In this document: positions 1-13,587 of the stretch, one piece after another
How the letters are laid out: each line of letters begins with the position of its first letter
Position numbering within the stretch: position 1 is the stretch's first letter
NCBI RefSeq assembly: GCF_037042905.1
Contig: NC_087250.1
Span: 6,822,001-6,886,000, forward strand
Direction: 5' to 3'
Source: Lytechinus pictus
Lineage: Eukaryota
DNA: 64,000 bases
The notes under the pieces: model-generated
Seen by the model: only the letters and a program-made list of their open reading frames with translations
Told to the model about the DNA's origin: nothing
The model's database searches: none
Made by a program: the position numbers and the translations under genes

Positions 1-417
1 TCAATGATAATTAATCAATATAATCTAAGTCGGATACTTTCTTTGAAAAGAACTCGCCGCGCATTGTATGGTGAAAGCAAAATGACGCTTTGATCTTTAA
101 TGACTTAAACAGCACCTTTGTTAGGTATTTCTTAATCAGTTAATCTTAAAAGGGGATAAGAAGGAACATCCTGTGGAGTCTCTACTTTTTTGCCCTCTTA
201 TAATATTTTAATGCTTTTAAAAGTCATCCAACACTAGAATCTTTTGAAAAATTGGTCGGCGATTTCATGTAAACGGGGGGGGGGGGTCGAAACTTATTAG
301 ACCTATAAAATCATGGGCACGTTGAAATCAACAAAGTATATTATAGCTCTATGGTATAATTTTTTTTATTTTTTAGGGCGGTAATGTCAATAGGCATCCA
401 AACAGAATACCTTGTTA

Positions 418-1398
418 CACTCAAAAAAATAAAGTGCTAAAATTAGCACTTAAAGATTCAATTTTAGCACTTTTTAGGAGCTTGTATAGTGACTGCACTC
501 GAAGTGCTGATTTAGCACTTGCACCCGGGCTACTTTGCTAGCACCGAAAGGTGCTGATTGTTGTGCACTTAAAGTGCTAACTTCAGCTCCCTTTTGGGTG
601 CTATCAGATCAACCCTTATGCAAGTGCTAAACCAGCACATCGAGTGCAGTCACTATCCAAGCTCCTAAAAGTGCTAAAATTGGATCTTTAAGTGCTAAAT
701 TTACACCCCTTTAGGTGCAGTAATGTGAGACAGAATGAAGATGGGGCATGTCAAGTAACGCATGAGCCATGTGTAGATGGCTGATCAATTTTGCAACAGG
801 CTCTGGAATAATCAAATGACATTTATAGCAAAGATACCCCATCTTCTAAGTTTGACAAGACTCTAGACTAGAGTCTAAACTATGAAAGTAGTCTGTATTA
901 TACTTCTAACTTAAACCTGAACTTAAATATTTCGTGCATGCTTACCTTGCTTTGCCTCTGACTACACCGTGACGGAACCAACGTCTTGTGCACACTATAG
1001 ATCGTATCCGGTGCGCGCATTCCATGCCTCATCAGGCCCAGGCTAGGCCAGGCGCGGCCTGATCGCGAGGCCGGACCTGCCCCAGGGGTATACGGTGGTC
1101 CCGAAGAAACGTGTGTAGCAAACTCACTAGCGAGCGGCGAGCGAACAAGTCAGGACATGAGTATGCAAATCCGGATCCCAGCTTTGCGAAGCAACCAATC
1201 AGATCACGTTTTGCAGTCAGCACTCAATGTGAAGTGCTACATTTTTATTTTTTCTCGTCTAGCACTCGTTTTCAGCACTCAAATATTCAGCACGTTTCGG
1301 TTTCCTTGTAAAAGTTAACCCTTCAAGCGCTGATTTTGGCACTTCAAGTGTAGAATCTCACTCAGCACCAAACATTTAGCACCTCAGTTTTTTGTGTG
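418..1398. mobile_element. Non-autonomous CACTA/EnSpm-like DNA transposon
   Basis: Left end CACTCAAAAAAATAAAGTGCTAAA matches the reverse complement of the right end (CACACAAAAAACTGAGGTGCTAAA); TA on both flanks (416-417, 1399-1400); many subterminal AGCAC/GTGCT motifs; no transposase ORF. Superfamily inferred from CAC termini plus 2-bp TSD. Confidence 0.7.
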
Positions 1399-4300
1399 TA
1401 GAAGGTGGGATTATTAGAACTTTGATTCTAACTTACCTTTTGTATCGGCGTGGGGATACAAAATATATGCACATTGTTAACATAATTAAAAGAAAAATAG
1501 ACTTAAAAATCGGGGGGGGGGTATAAAACCAAGTCCATACTCATGTGGGCACTTATGGGTGTAACTCCTAGATTTACCCGGGGCCACAATGCCTTGCCGC
1601 CTTTTCAGCTACTTTAAGAGATATGCCTCATTATATTGCTATATAACTAAGATAAAATTTCATTTGGCCTTTGTAAATGGCGCAAGCACGAGAACACGAC
1701 ACGAAGTGCGCTTGAATTTTCTATAAGGCAGATCCTTAAAAATTTTGATAGTTTTGACAAGTAGAGAACGTTCGTAAATAATCAAATGAAATAAAGCTTC
1801 CATTTGTTGGGGGGGAGGGTGGGGGTGAGCAGGGAGGTACATATATGGCAATTGTGTGTCCTCTACGCTTAACTGACTTATGGAAGGACGTGTTTCCCCC
1901 CCCCCCCCCCCCCCCACCACATGTTTGATGTCCAACTACCCAAAACATATAATGTCGGCTTGGTCGCTATTTTTAAAATCCCGTTCTTTAAATCTTCATG
2001 TTCTATTTTTCACATTTGTTTTTTTTTTACATCCTTTAATTCATTGCATTTGCTTTCTTTTCTCCGTTTTCACACTTTATTTTGCTCTCGCGATTTTTCA
2101 AATTACATTGAAAAATTATAATTACCCGAAACACTTTTGAAATATAATGTTCGTCTGTTTATTGCGTGCTCATTGTTCATAGTTTCATGTTGGGGTTTAT
2201 TTTTGCACCACTTGGAATAACGTCAACCTGGTCAGGCTACCTGCTTTCACTCCTGTTCAAAGAAATCTTGTAATAGTTATTTTTGCCAAGAAATGCACAA
2301 AGATCGTCCAGACAAAAAAAACCCGAGATGCCAACTGTTTTCAATGAAGCTCGGGCTCAATGAATTCGATCATGGGCACTAATCACTCCTTTGTGAAATG
2401 ACGAAGTGCCAGTTGCTCGAACTTGTCACAATAGCTCTAATTCTATAGGGAATTAAATCTATTGTTTCTTCGCATTTTATCGTTGAGAGGATAAAAGCAT
2501 TGCAGCTCTAACTTTGTTGACAAATTAGACACAGGAGAAAAGTGTTGCTTTTTGGACAAAATTGTTAGAGATGTAAAATAATCATCAACAATTGCGTATG
2601 CATCAATTAACTAGAAATTGCACGAACACGGCAATGATTCTGCATGGAGTGGAAATAGAACATATCGTCCCTTTTTCAGTCCACGTTCATTTACCGCCAT
2701 GTGATGTGCATCTAGAGCAATATAAAATTCTGAACGCAAATTGTATGAATATATGCGGATCATTATTTATGTACATTACTATATTTTTAAATCCCCTTGC
2801 CCGGCATCCGGGGTAGGAGGATGGGCGGCAGCAGGGTAATTTTGATTAGGGGGAGGAGTAACTTTTTTTATACTTAATTTCATATCGGAACAAGAACAAG
2901 CAATAGTTGCATCTTGTTAAAAGATGTATAGATTATAGCGTAGGGAGAATTAGATTCTTTCCGTTCCAAAACTCTTCAGAAGTATATTTTTGATAATTTA
3001 AGATCTTTATGAACTCGATATTTGTCAATTTTATACCGCCATTTTATGTCGGGTCGGATCTCTTTCCGATTCGAAACCTTTTAGAAGTATCATCTAGATC
3101 AAAACTCTGTATAGGTATATCTACGATTTTCTTAAAGTCAACCATCATTTTATAACGGGTCGGATCAAGAACAACAATCGTATATTGTTGGAAGATATAG
3201 ATATTCATAATCCAACAAAAATCAATTATTTCCACATCGAAAGTCCTAAAATATATTTTTATTGACAGAGGATATCTTTTAACTCGATATTCCATACTGA
3301 AATACTTTCATCTCATGTTGGATTGGATCAAGAATAAGAAATTTTGCGACTTTTATTCCATAAAAAATGCCTTTTCGACTTTGTCGGGAAAATTAGTCAT
3401 TTAATTTTTTTCGGACAGAACATGGGCTCGTCCATATAGGGCAATATCAGTTATTTAAATCGTTTACACTCAAATTAAATTTCAAATCATGCGCGATCGA
3501 TCGTGCATTAATTTGAGATGTTTGTAACTCCATTTCATTTGCCTTTCCGATATTGTCGGGGAAAGTGTCATTTATGTTCTCAAAGAACATGAATTCAGTC
3601 CTAAAGATATATGAAATTTATCTTGAATTGTTTGCACCTCAAAACATTCGATCTTACATCAATCGGAAATGATGGCGAAAATCAAAGAACGACAGAGATA
3701 TTCCATGCATCCAACAATCTAATGGAATCGGTTCGCGAAATACGCAGTAGCACACATTCATCATGTTCATAACAAAATATAGAGGGTGAAGAGTTTCCTC
3801 ATTTGAATAACCACATGCGGGTCAGAAAAAAAGGATCGTCACATCTATCAGTTCCCATTATTTGTATAAAGGCCCTAGCCTATTTATTCACAAAATGTTG
3901 CTAAACTTAAAAAATAGACCTAAAACGATTCTGGGTTTATCAAATATTGCAGCCAATGAGTATCATACAGTTTCACTTTTTTTTTCATAAGTAAGATGTT
4001 TTGTATGGGGATGTCATCTGTGGATCCCAAGCGTTTTCTTTTTCTTCATTCAATGTTTCTTAATAAGAAAAAAATGGACTACTAAACCGCATATCCGGTT
4101 AATTTTTATTATTGTTCCTGCTCGAAATGATACAGATCAAAAGACGGCGTTTGTCTAGCTTTGAAAGTTAATGATAATGGGCGACAATTTGCATTCGACC
4201 CTTAACGCCCCCGCAATCCCTCCCCACTCTGCGTGTGGTCTTTAGCGTCACTAGGGAACTGTTAGCGGCTCTATAGGAAACTGGTGGATGAAAGGCTGAT

Positions 4301-6757
4301 CGGATTTAATCCCGTGCCTAGAAAGACAGTATTGAATATCCTTGATACTGAAAAGCACTGATTTTTATGCCGAGACTTAAACCTCGGTCACGTTTAATTA
4401 CCTTCTAGAATAAACTCTTTCCTAAAAACCCTCCTAACCCTATAGTACAATTCACGTATCTTTTCAATTAAGTCAGAAATCTAAATCCTAAATACATTGG
4501 ATAATGGTCTCAACGTCACAGATCAGCTCATGAACGATCGGAACGTATTTTAAAATTATTTGAGGTGGAAATTATATAGAATTTATTTCAGATACCATAA
4601 ACTCTTTCTCCTGAAATAAATATTATTCGCTTATCTTTCCAATAAAGTCAGAAAGGGAAATACGTTGAAATAAAAGTACTCAACATCTTAGATTATAATG
4701 CACGATCGTTCGAGACGTATTTTCGAAATTGTTTTGAAGTGGAAATGATATATCATGAAATCAATTAAAACCTTCCAATGTAAACTCTTATTCTCCTGAA
4801 AGAAATACAATTCGCGTATTTTTCCAATAAAGTCCCACAGAAGCAGATTGCGTTCCCAATAATTTTCAAGAATCAAGAGTGCCTACAATATCAAAAATTC
4901 GGCAAAACTTACAAAAAAAAACACAAATATACCCAAACAAATTATATGATGTCAGAAACAAAATCAAAATGTCAAAAACATCAAAACAAAAATAACATAA
5001 AAGGAAGTATATCAAATCAACATAAAAAGTAAGGCAGCATAATGTCAAATAAAATAAAAAGAAGTAGACATTTTGTTGATTTGCGATTTAGCGTGTTGAA
5101 TGATTTGGCGTCATTATCATTCTCCAAAATTTAGTCTGCCGTTGCTATCAATATTCGCACTAATTCAGTTACATTCGGGCATCATATTCATATTGTCTCA
5201 TTTTATCTGGCCTCTAAAAAATATTAATATCTTCCCATGGCAAATATGAATAGGCATACCACTCTAGTTATACGCTCTTGGTGGACATTATCCGGCGAGT
5301 TGGATGATATAGGCCTATACCAAGATGTCTCAAACTATGGCCTTAATAGAGGTAAAAACTACGCATGGGCACCATTCCTAAAATAGGCGTGTAATGCAGT
5401 ATCCATCTGTATCCGGCCCCAAAATCATACGTTAAAAAAGTAATTAATTCAACTTATTTTTCATGTGTGAATCTTCCGTGTCAATCTCAATTCGCAAGCT
5501 GCAACATTTTCGAAATCGGCAGTATTTCTATCGATGGTGTTAATTTTCAGTTCAGTTCGTTGACAACGGAAACTATCGAGAACCATCGCGACTTATCGAG
5601 ATCGATAATTTTTGTCATATTCACATCGTGCGCACGTGGATGTTGATCTGTACTCGGTCGCCATGCGACACGATGCGGCCGAGCATATACTAGCTAGCTG
5701 TAGTCGTTTCCAATATAGAGCGTGCTTGCATGCATGCTTTGCTACGGACATAAAAGAGGAACGCCTTTCATTATCATGCTTTAAAAAAATAATAAATTGA
5801 AGTCAAACAGCACGACAAGTGGAACTAGCTAGCACAGGCACCACGACATATATGTTAACTCTTCATTCCAGAGCGAGCCGCGGAATTGAAGGCCCTCCGT
5901 GGCCGGCGCGGGGTACGTGAGATTGCCTTGGTGAATTTAGATAGAAATGGGGAGCAGCGGCAGCGCTTGAGATATCTATACAGCGCAGCTAGCGGCAGCG
6001 AGCTGCCGCTAGATACAGCGAGCTGGGGATTAAATCTCTAATCAAATGGATTATAAAGTATGGCAGCGAGCGGCAGCAGGCACAGGGGGAGCTGCGAGAA
6101 CGGATGTGAGTTCTATTGTGCTTTAATTATCGCAGCTAGCTGCCGCTGACCGACGCTATTATCCCGTCTTAGAGTGTGCAGGCGTACGCTCGCGGGGTAT
6201 AACAAATGAATAATAATAGTAATAAATTAGTAATAATAAAAAAAGCAAACAAAGACCCACGATCCTATTTGTTGAATGACATGGAAATATAACGTAGTCT
6301 TTCCTCCAGACCCAGATCTTTCAAATAAGAAATGATGAACAATAATAATAAATTAGTAATAATAAAAAAAGTAAACAAAGCCCCAAGGTCCTCTTTATGT
6401 TGAAAAACATGGAAATATAGCCTAGTCTTTCTTCCAGACCCAGTTATAAAAGTCATTTAAAACACAACAACAACAACAACAAAACAAAGACCCCGCAATC
6501 TTATCAACATTGAATAACATGGAAATATGGTGTAGTCTATCATCCAGACCCAATTATTTCAAAATAACCAAAATCATTAAAAAAGAATAACAGAATCTAA
6601 GGCCCAACCATCCTTCAATCTAAGAACCTTCAATAAATAAAGTTTAGAGAGTTTTCTTTATTCCAGACCTTGTCATTTTCAAAAATAAGATAAATGATAT
6701 CCTCATAACTAAGACTCAATCATATTATTGTGCCTGTTCAACATGGATAAGATGATT

Positions 6758-6898
6758 GGGGGAGTATTTCATCAACATTTATGTCCGACAAGTTGTCATA
6801 TCTGACAAATGTCCCTGATGTTGATTGGTTAAGAAGCAGTGCTACCATTGTAAGTGTCGGATAAAACGTCAGACAACTCCTTTCATGAAATGCTCCCC
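6758..6898. mobile_element. Short MITE (copy 1 of 2; related copy at 36204-36354)
   Basis: Inverted termini GGGGAGTATTTCATCAA ... TTCATGAAATGCTCCCC; the internal sequence aligns with 36204-36354. Confidence 0.7.
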
Positions 6899-7661
6899 GG
6901 TCTCTAAGTTTTGATGTTGTTTTTTTATTAAAAATTTCTTTGCCTGGAAGAAAAAGTGAATGTTTAATTACTTCATTCATTACAGGATGTTAGGCTGGAA
7001 GAGGGTTAAATGTTTTTTTTTTTTCTTTTTTTTTTTAAACTGGTCTGGTCAAATTAAGTATGCGTTATCACAAGGGTTTTATAGTTTGGAAGGTGCTGGG
7101 GTCTAAGTTTTAAGATAAATGTTTCGCTTAATTTGTATTTTTAAGAGAACTGCGTGAGGGGTAAAAACAACACTCCAAGCGCAAGCATTTTAAGTGGGTT
7201 TAATTTTGAAGATTGGTCTTAGCTGTGATTTTTTTCAATATTTGTTTATCTTTAAAATAACCGGGTCTAGACGAAAGACTAAGAATAATACTCGTCTTAT
7301 TCCACAAGAATAAGAATATGACAAAGTCTTTTGTTTTTAAGATTGTTAAAGTCATTTTTAATTTACTGGGTCTGGAATAAAGACAACGCTCTAAACATGT
7401 GCTTTTCTACATGCATGGTCTTAATTTGGAGGATTGTTGGTTCTCAGATTCGTTGTTGGGGGTTGGGTTTTATTGATGTTTTATTCTTGAAATAATTGTG
7501 TCTGGAGGAAAGTCGATCTTCGACAATTGGTCTCCATGTTATTCCACAGTAATTAGATTATTGGGTAAAACTATATATTTTTTTTAAAATAATAACCAAG
7601 TCTGAAGAAAGGATGTTTGCTTTACCCATGCATTATTACAATGTTTTGTAGGGGTCGTAGT

Positions 7662-7930
7662 CATGGGCGGAAATCCCAGTGGGACAGAGGGGACGTGTAT
7701 TGGACGTGTCCCCCCTACTCAAAATAGTAGGGGGACACACTATCAAATGTCCCCCCTACTATTTCTGGTCTTTTATGATGGTAAGAAATTCATCATTCAA
7801 AATCGAAATAAAACATGTATTTTAGGACGAGATGACCTTACTTCCGGGTGATAACCTTTTTTTTTTTGCCTGTCAAATTTTCCAGACCCTTGTCCCCCTA
7901 CCTTTTGATTGGGAGAGATTTCCGCCCCTG
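7662..7930. mobile_element. hAT-type MITE
   Basis: TIR CATGGGCGGAAATC / GATTTCCGCCCCTG; perfect 8-bp TSD GTCGTAGT (7654-7661, 7931-7938). Confidence 0.9.
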
Positions 7931-8249
7931 GTCGTAGTATTATTTTAAAAAAACTGGGTGTGGGGTAAAGACATATTTTTTTACTGAGTGAAACTTTGGA
8001 AAATTTGTCTTAGATTTGAAGTTTTTTAATAAATTTTTTTAATAGCCGGGTCTGGAGGAAAGAGTACACTTGATTCTCAATTTACCCTTAGCGCATATAT
8101 TCACAATATACGCCGTATAAGTTGAAATAACAACAAGGACATTAATTCTACTAGTTTTAATTAACTGGGTCTGGAGAAAAGACTAAGCTCGATTCTCATT
8201 TTTATTCCACTGGAATATCATTATCGTATCTTAGTATGGACTTATATTA

Positions 8250-9426
8250 TAATTTTAGAAATAACCGGGTCTGGAAAAAGACTTTGGACTTATATTATTA
8301 TTATTTCCTTCAGCAAGAAACTTATCCACAGTGTGCTGCACTCAACCCAGGTGAGGTAAATGGGTACCGGTAAGAAGTAATTCCTTAAAAAGCTGTGTGC
8401 GCTATGAACGCCTAGCTTAGCCGGGTAATATAGGAGCGCCTTGAGCACCTAACAAGGTGGATATGTGCGCAATATAGATAACCTATATTATTATATTATT
8501 ATTAAGATTTTTGAAACAACTGGGTCTGGAAAAAAGACTTTGGACTTATATTATAATTCATTAAAACAACCGGGTCTGAAAAAAAGACTTTGGACACATC
8601 TTATAATTTTCTAACAACCGGGACTGGAAAAAAGACTTTGGACTTATATTATATTTGTTTAAACAACCGGGTCTGGAAAAAAGACTTTGGATTTGTATTA
8701 AATTTTTTTTAACAACCGGGTCTGGAAAAAAGACTTTGGACTTATATTATAATTTTTTAAACAACCAAGTCTGAAAAAAGACTTTGGACTTGCATTATAA
8801 TTTTTGAATTAACCGGGTCTGGAAAAAAGACTTTGGCCGTATATTATAATTTTTGAAACAACCGGGTCTGAAAAAAAGACTTTGGACTTATATTATAATT
8901 CATTAAAACAACCTGGTCTGGAAAAAAGACTTTGGATTTAATATTATAATTTTTTAAACAACCGGGTCTGGAAAAAAGACTTTGGACTTGCATTATAGTT
9001 TTTGAATTAACCGGGTCTGGAAAAAAGACATTGGACGTATATTATAATTTTTGAAATAACCGGGTCTGAAAAAAAAAATTGGACTTATATTATAATTTTT
9101 GAAGCAACCTGGTCCGGAAAAAAGACTTTGGATTTATATTATTATTTTTGAAACAACCGGGTCTGGAAAAAAGACTTTAACATTTTATTATTATTTTTCA
9201 AAACAACCCGGTCTGGAAAAACGACTTTGGATTTATATTACAATTTTTGAAACAACCGGGTCTGGAAAAAAGACTTTGGACTTATATTATATTTTTTTAA
9301 ACAACCGGGTCTGGAAAAAAGACTTTGGATTTATATTATAATTTTTTTTAACAACCGGGTCTGAAAAAAAGACATTGAACTTTTATTATTATTTTTGAAA
9401 CAACCGGGTCTGGAAAAAAGACTTTT
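8250..9426 (+). repeat. ~49-bp tandem satellite, left part (unit ACAACCGGGTCTGGAAAAAAGACTTTGGACTTATATTATAATTTTTGAA)
   Basis: The CCGGGTCTGG core recurs at 49-bp spacing (e.g. 8667, 8716, 8765); about 20 copies; interrupted by a SINE fragment at ~8305-8503. Confidence 0.95.
8305..8503 (+). mobile_element. 5'-truncated SINE with L2-like 3' tail, inserted in the satellite
   Basis: Core GTGCTGCACTCAACCCAGGTGA is shared with the SINE at 14800-15066; tail AGCGCCTTGAGCACCTAA...GTGCGC...(TAT)n resembles the L2 3' end at 43633-43700. Confidence 0.8.
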
Positions 9427-12400
9427 GGGTCATTCTCAAAAAAATGTTACAATTCACAAAAAACGTGTCTCGACTATCTTATGGCCGCTAGCTTCACAAC
9501 CCTGAACATTTTCTACAAAAATATTATCAAGAAAATTACAATAATAGACTAGCTCCACAAAGCATATACGACCAGTGACTAATAAAGCTCTAATTTTATT
9601 ACAAAAGCCTTTTATTTTTGCTTTTTGTTAGAATCGACGCTGTCTCGGGTCAGTTTTAGATTTTACTATCATTCTCTTTCCTAAGTAGTCTGTATTTCTT
9701 ACCTACATTAATGTCTGGTGAGGGCAGCTTGGTGTAAACGTCCGACATACTGCGCTTATCCTAGTATTTGATGATCCCTTTGTGATTAATTTCACTTTTA
9801 ACTTTGTCCCAAATTCATTTTAACCTCCGTAACGAATACTGCCACAAGTTTTATCCCATTCAAACTGAATGATATTATATGATAATGTGTCTACAAGTAG
9901 AGTGATATTAATTAATAAATAATTGATAGGGAATTATCATATGTGTTTCCTGTATTACACGGAAATAAAGGACTATTCTTAACAATAAAATGTATGACTA
10001 AACAGCTTTAACATCCGTAACGCACCATAAGAAAATATGCACTTTGGCAGTTCTGTTAAGGATTCAGTATCTTATAGGATAAGAGACACCTTTCATAATA
10101 AATACAATTTTCAAAGGTATGACTGCTAAATAAGGACCACGTTGGACCATAAAGCATAAAGACATTAACTTCCGTAACGCATTAACTTCCGTAACATTTT
10201 TTCTTGAATATCCTACAAGTTTGTGCTATACTGAATCACTCCGGATCATACAGATATAAATCATATAAGGTACCGTCCACCTACTTACCCATACAAATGA
10301 TAGCTATTCATCCTTGTCAAATTATTATTACACACCTTATTTTTAACATCACTTTGAAAAGAGGGAAAATTGCCAGCGAAAACAATTTCCCGAGAATTAT
10401 ATATGATATTAAATGTTTTTAGAATTTTAAATAATACATACTACAAATTTTGAATATTGGCATCTTCTTTAGAACTTAAGATTTCTAATTTCCTTTGCTA
10501 TATAAAGTGCATTAACTTCCGTAACAATTACTGTTACGGAAGTTAATACACTTCTTTGCTGTACTTTGCTAAGATTGATAGCACGATTCTAGTTCCAGAA
10601 TAGGTGACATGGCTTTGTCTAATGCTGTAGTCGGCAGAAATGGTGTAGAAAAAGGGAAGAATGAGAAACAATTAAGCTTTCATGGACAAGGAAAGAGACA
10701 GAAAAACTGTTTGCAATGACTCATGAGGAGGGTTAATGTATCACCGATCAAAAATGTGAGCGCAAAGCGCGAGCTAAAACTTGTGAATAGTCTAACCTGA
10801 AAACTTGAAATTCTAGCATTTTTTGTAGAAATGATCAGGATGTTATCTGAATAAACTATTAATGCGAGTACAAAGTGCTAGCTGATTTGTTTTTCGTATT
10901 CTGACCGAAAGCTTGACATTCTAAACACTTTTTCTACCAATTACAAGGATGGGTATCTTAATTGATGCGACTGTAAATTTTTTATATGTTGATCTGAAAA
11001 CAATAATTTTTGGACGTTGTAATTTGAGAACAAGATATATATCCAATAAACAATTATTGCAAAGGTAAAACGCGCGCTTTTTTAGGTTTAGTCCCCAAAA
11101 CGGGACATTCTACTAACTTTTTGTAAGTGGGGATTACATGTATGTACACCATCAATCAACTCTTTTAATATTCATGAAGATATGCATAGACTATATTGTT
11201 TCACTAAAATAATGCAAATCTTTAAAATGGCATAACTTCGCTATTCCTTGTTCAATTTTGATCATATTTGCAGTATTTTGTTTGTCTGCTTATTATCTGT
11301 TCAGATCATATTTTTCAGCCTGGATGACTCCTTTAACGTGCATGAAAAGCGCTTGAATAATCGATATAGGCCTACTTACATGAAAACATGGAAAGGGGTA
11401 TTTCAAACTCTCACGGTTTGTTGGAATTTATAAATGAAATACGTATTTCGATAATCAAACATTTTGGCTATTCATCATTTTTTTAAATCACGAATAGAAT
11501 GCGTAATTGCGTATCTCGATAAAACAAACTGATGAAAAAAAAATCGCGATTAGATCATATAGATTCCATTAATAATTTATGTATTTGTGAATTTTTAGCC
11601 TCTTGTTTCATTCACCTTACTTTTTTATTATTCATTTCCCCATGTCCTTTTTAAAATGTTTTTCCCTCTTTTTCTATCTTTTTTGGCTATTGGCAGGCAG
11701 CGGGATTACTCGTAACCCAGAGAACCCATCCTGGTAACGGGACTGCGATTGTTATATTTTGTTTATTGCCAGAAACTTTAAAGATGAACTGTAATTCTGT
11801 TGCCCGGTTATTCGGTTTTTTCATTCCAACTTTGAACAAGAACGACAATAAAATTACAGTTTCCGTTTCCTGTTTATGTTTTTTACATTTTTTTAGGGGG
11901 CGGGGTTGGCAAATTAAGCTATGCGTTCCACATTTATCTTTATTTATTAATAAAAGGTTATACGAATACCTAAATATGGATTTTCCTAAGCTAACAAATA
12001 AATACTGCAATTTGTAACTTCATTTAACTTCCGTAACGAAGATTGACAAGAGTAAATGCCACTCAAGGATTTGATGGTAAAGTATTTTTTGATTCCCAGC
12101 ATTGGTCATGCATTGCTTAGGATCTCAGGTTATGGATGAAAGTTATTTTAAGGTTGCCTCATTCAAATTATGAACATTAAACTGAACGAAAGATGTGCAA
12201 TGATTTTTATGGTTCTTTTTGTTAAATGTTATTTGGTAAAATCCTGCTTCTGAAAAAGAATATTGAATATTTTTTCTATCTTGCAAACATTTTTGCTTCA
12301 GTAAATAAAATTGTTGATACCTCACTGAAACTTAATGGTGTGCATTTCTATTTCAATCATTTCAAAGGTGATTTAATTGAGTAACATAAGTGAACAATGC

Positions 12401-12605
12401 TAACGATTAACCTCCGTAACGTTGATATACAGTGCTTGAGTTAATCCGGTCAGTACTTCAAATTGACGCAACAGCGACATGCCCCTCTGTTGCCACTTTC
12501 TCATACATGGTACTTTCACAATCTGTATTTTTCAATCAATTTTGTAGATTTTATTTTTACGATTTTTTCCCCCCATCAATTGTAGCATTTTTCTGAGAAT
12601 GACCC
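9427..12605. mobile_element. 3.2-kb non-autonomous DNA transposon, Sola2-like
   Basis: 28-bp TIR GGGTCATTCTCA(A/G)AAAAATG(T/C)TACAATT; TTTT on both flanks (9423-9426, 12606-12609); removing it restores one satellite unit; repeated internal TAACTTCCGTAAC motif. Superfamily inferred from GGG termini plus 4-bp TSD. Confidence 0.8.
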
Positions 12606-13340
12606 TTTTGATTTATATTACAATTTTTGAAACAACCGGGGTCTGAATGAAAGACTATGCTATATTTCCATTATATTTAACATTAATAAGAGAGTTGGGG
12701 TCTTTGTTACTTTTCGACCAGTCTTAATTAACTAGGTCTGGAGAAAAGACTAAGCTCGATTCTCATTCTTATTCCACTAGAATATCATTATCGTATCTTA
12801 GTTTGGACTTATATAATAATTTTTGAAACAACCGGGTCTGGAAGAAATACTTTGGACGTATATTATAATTTTTGAAACAACCGGGTCTGAAAAAAAGACT
12901 TTGGACTTGCATTATAATTTTTGAATTAACCTGGTCTTGAATAAAGACGTTGGACATATATTATAATTTTTTAATTAACCGGGTCTGGAAAAAAGACTTT
13001 GGCCGTATATTATAATTTTTTAATTAACTGGGTCTGGAAAATAGACTTTGGACGTATATTATAATTTTAAAACAACCGGGTCTGGAAAAAAGACTTTGGA
13101 CTTATATTACAATTTTTGAAACAACCGGGTCTGAAAAAAAGACTTTGGACTTATATCATAATTTTTTAAACAACCGGGTCTGATAAAAAGACTTTGGACT
13201 TGCATTATAATTTTTGAATTAACCGGGTCTGGAAAAAAGACTTTGGACGTAAATTATAATTTTGAAACAACCGGGTCTGAAAAAAGACTTTAGACTTGTA
13301 CTATGTTTTATTAACCGGGTCTGGAAAAAAGCCTTTGCAC
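12606..13340 (+). repeat. ~49-bp tandem satellite, right part
   Basis: Same unit as 8250-9426, about 12 copies, plus a longer variant unit (12727-12820) nearly identical to 8157-8255. Confidence 0.95.
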
Positions 13341-13410
13341 TTTTATGCTTTATGAACGCATTACTATAGGATTTTAGTTTAGAACAGATTCGCCAAAAAT
13401 CCCTTCAAAT

Positions 13411-13587
13411 TTATTACATTTGTGGGTAAAGTCATTATTACATTTGTGGGCGATCAAAAATTATTACATTTGTGGGTAAAGTGCATTATTACATTTGTGG
13501 GTGAAATTATTACATTTGTGGGTAAAGTGTTATTACATTTGTGGGCGTTATTACATTTGTGGGTAAAGTGTTATTACATTTGTGGGT
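13411..13587 (+). repeat. Minisatellite, core TTATTACATTTGTGGG with variable short spacers
   Basis: Eight copies of the 16-bp core are visible. Confidence 0.95.

Noticed and set aside
2880..4870. Degenerate direct repeats (TCGGATCAAGAA units; ~180-bp units at 4410-4860)
   Set aside because: Real, but too decayed to bound or classify; probably old repeat internals.
8250..13340. 49-bp array as a CRISPR array
   Set aside because: Units are contiguous with no unique spacers, there are no cas genes, and the context is eukaryotic.
13411..13587. 16-bp repeat with variable spacers as CRISPR-like or as ORF 13422-13736
   Set aside because: Spacers are only a few bases long and related to each other; the ORF is a translation of the minisatellite.
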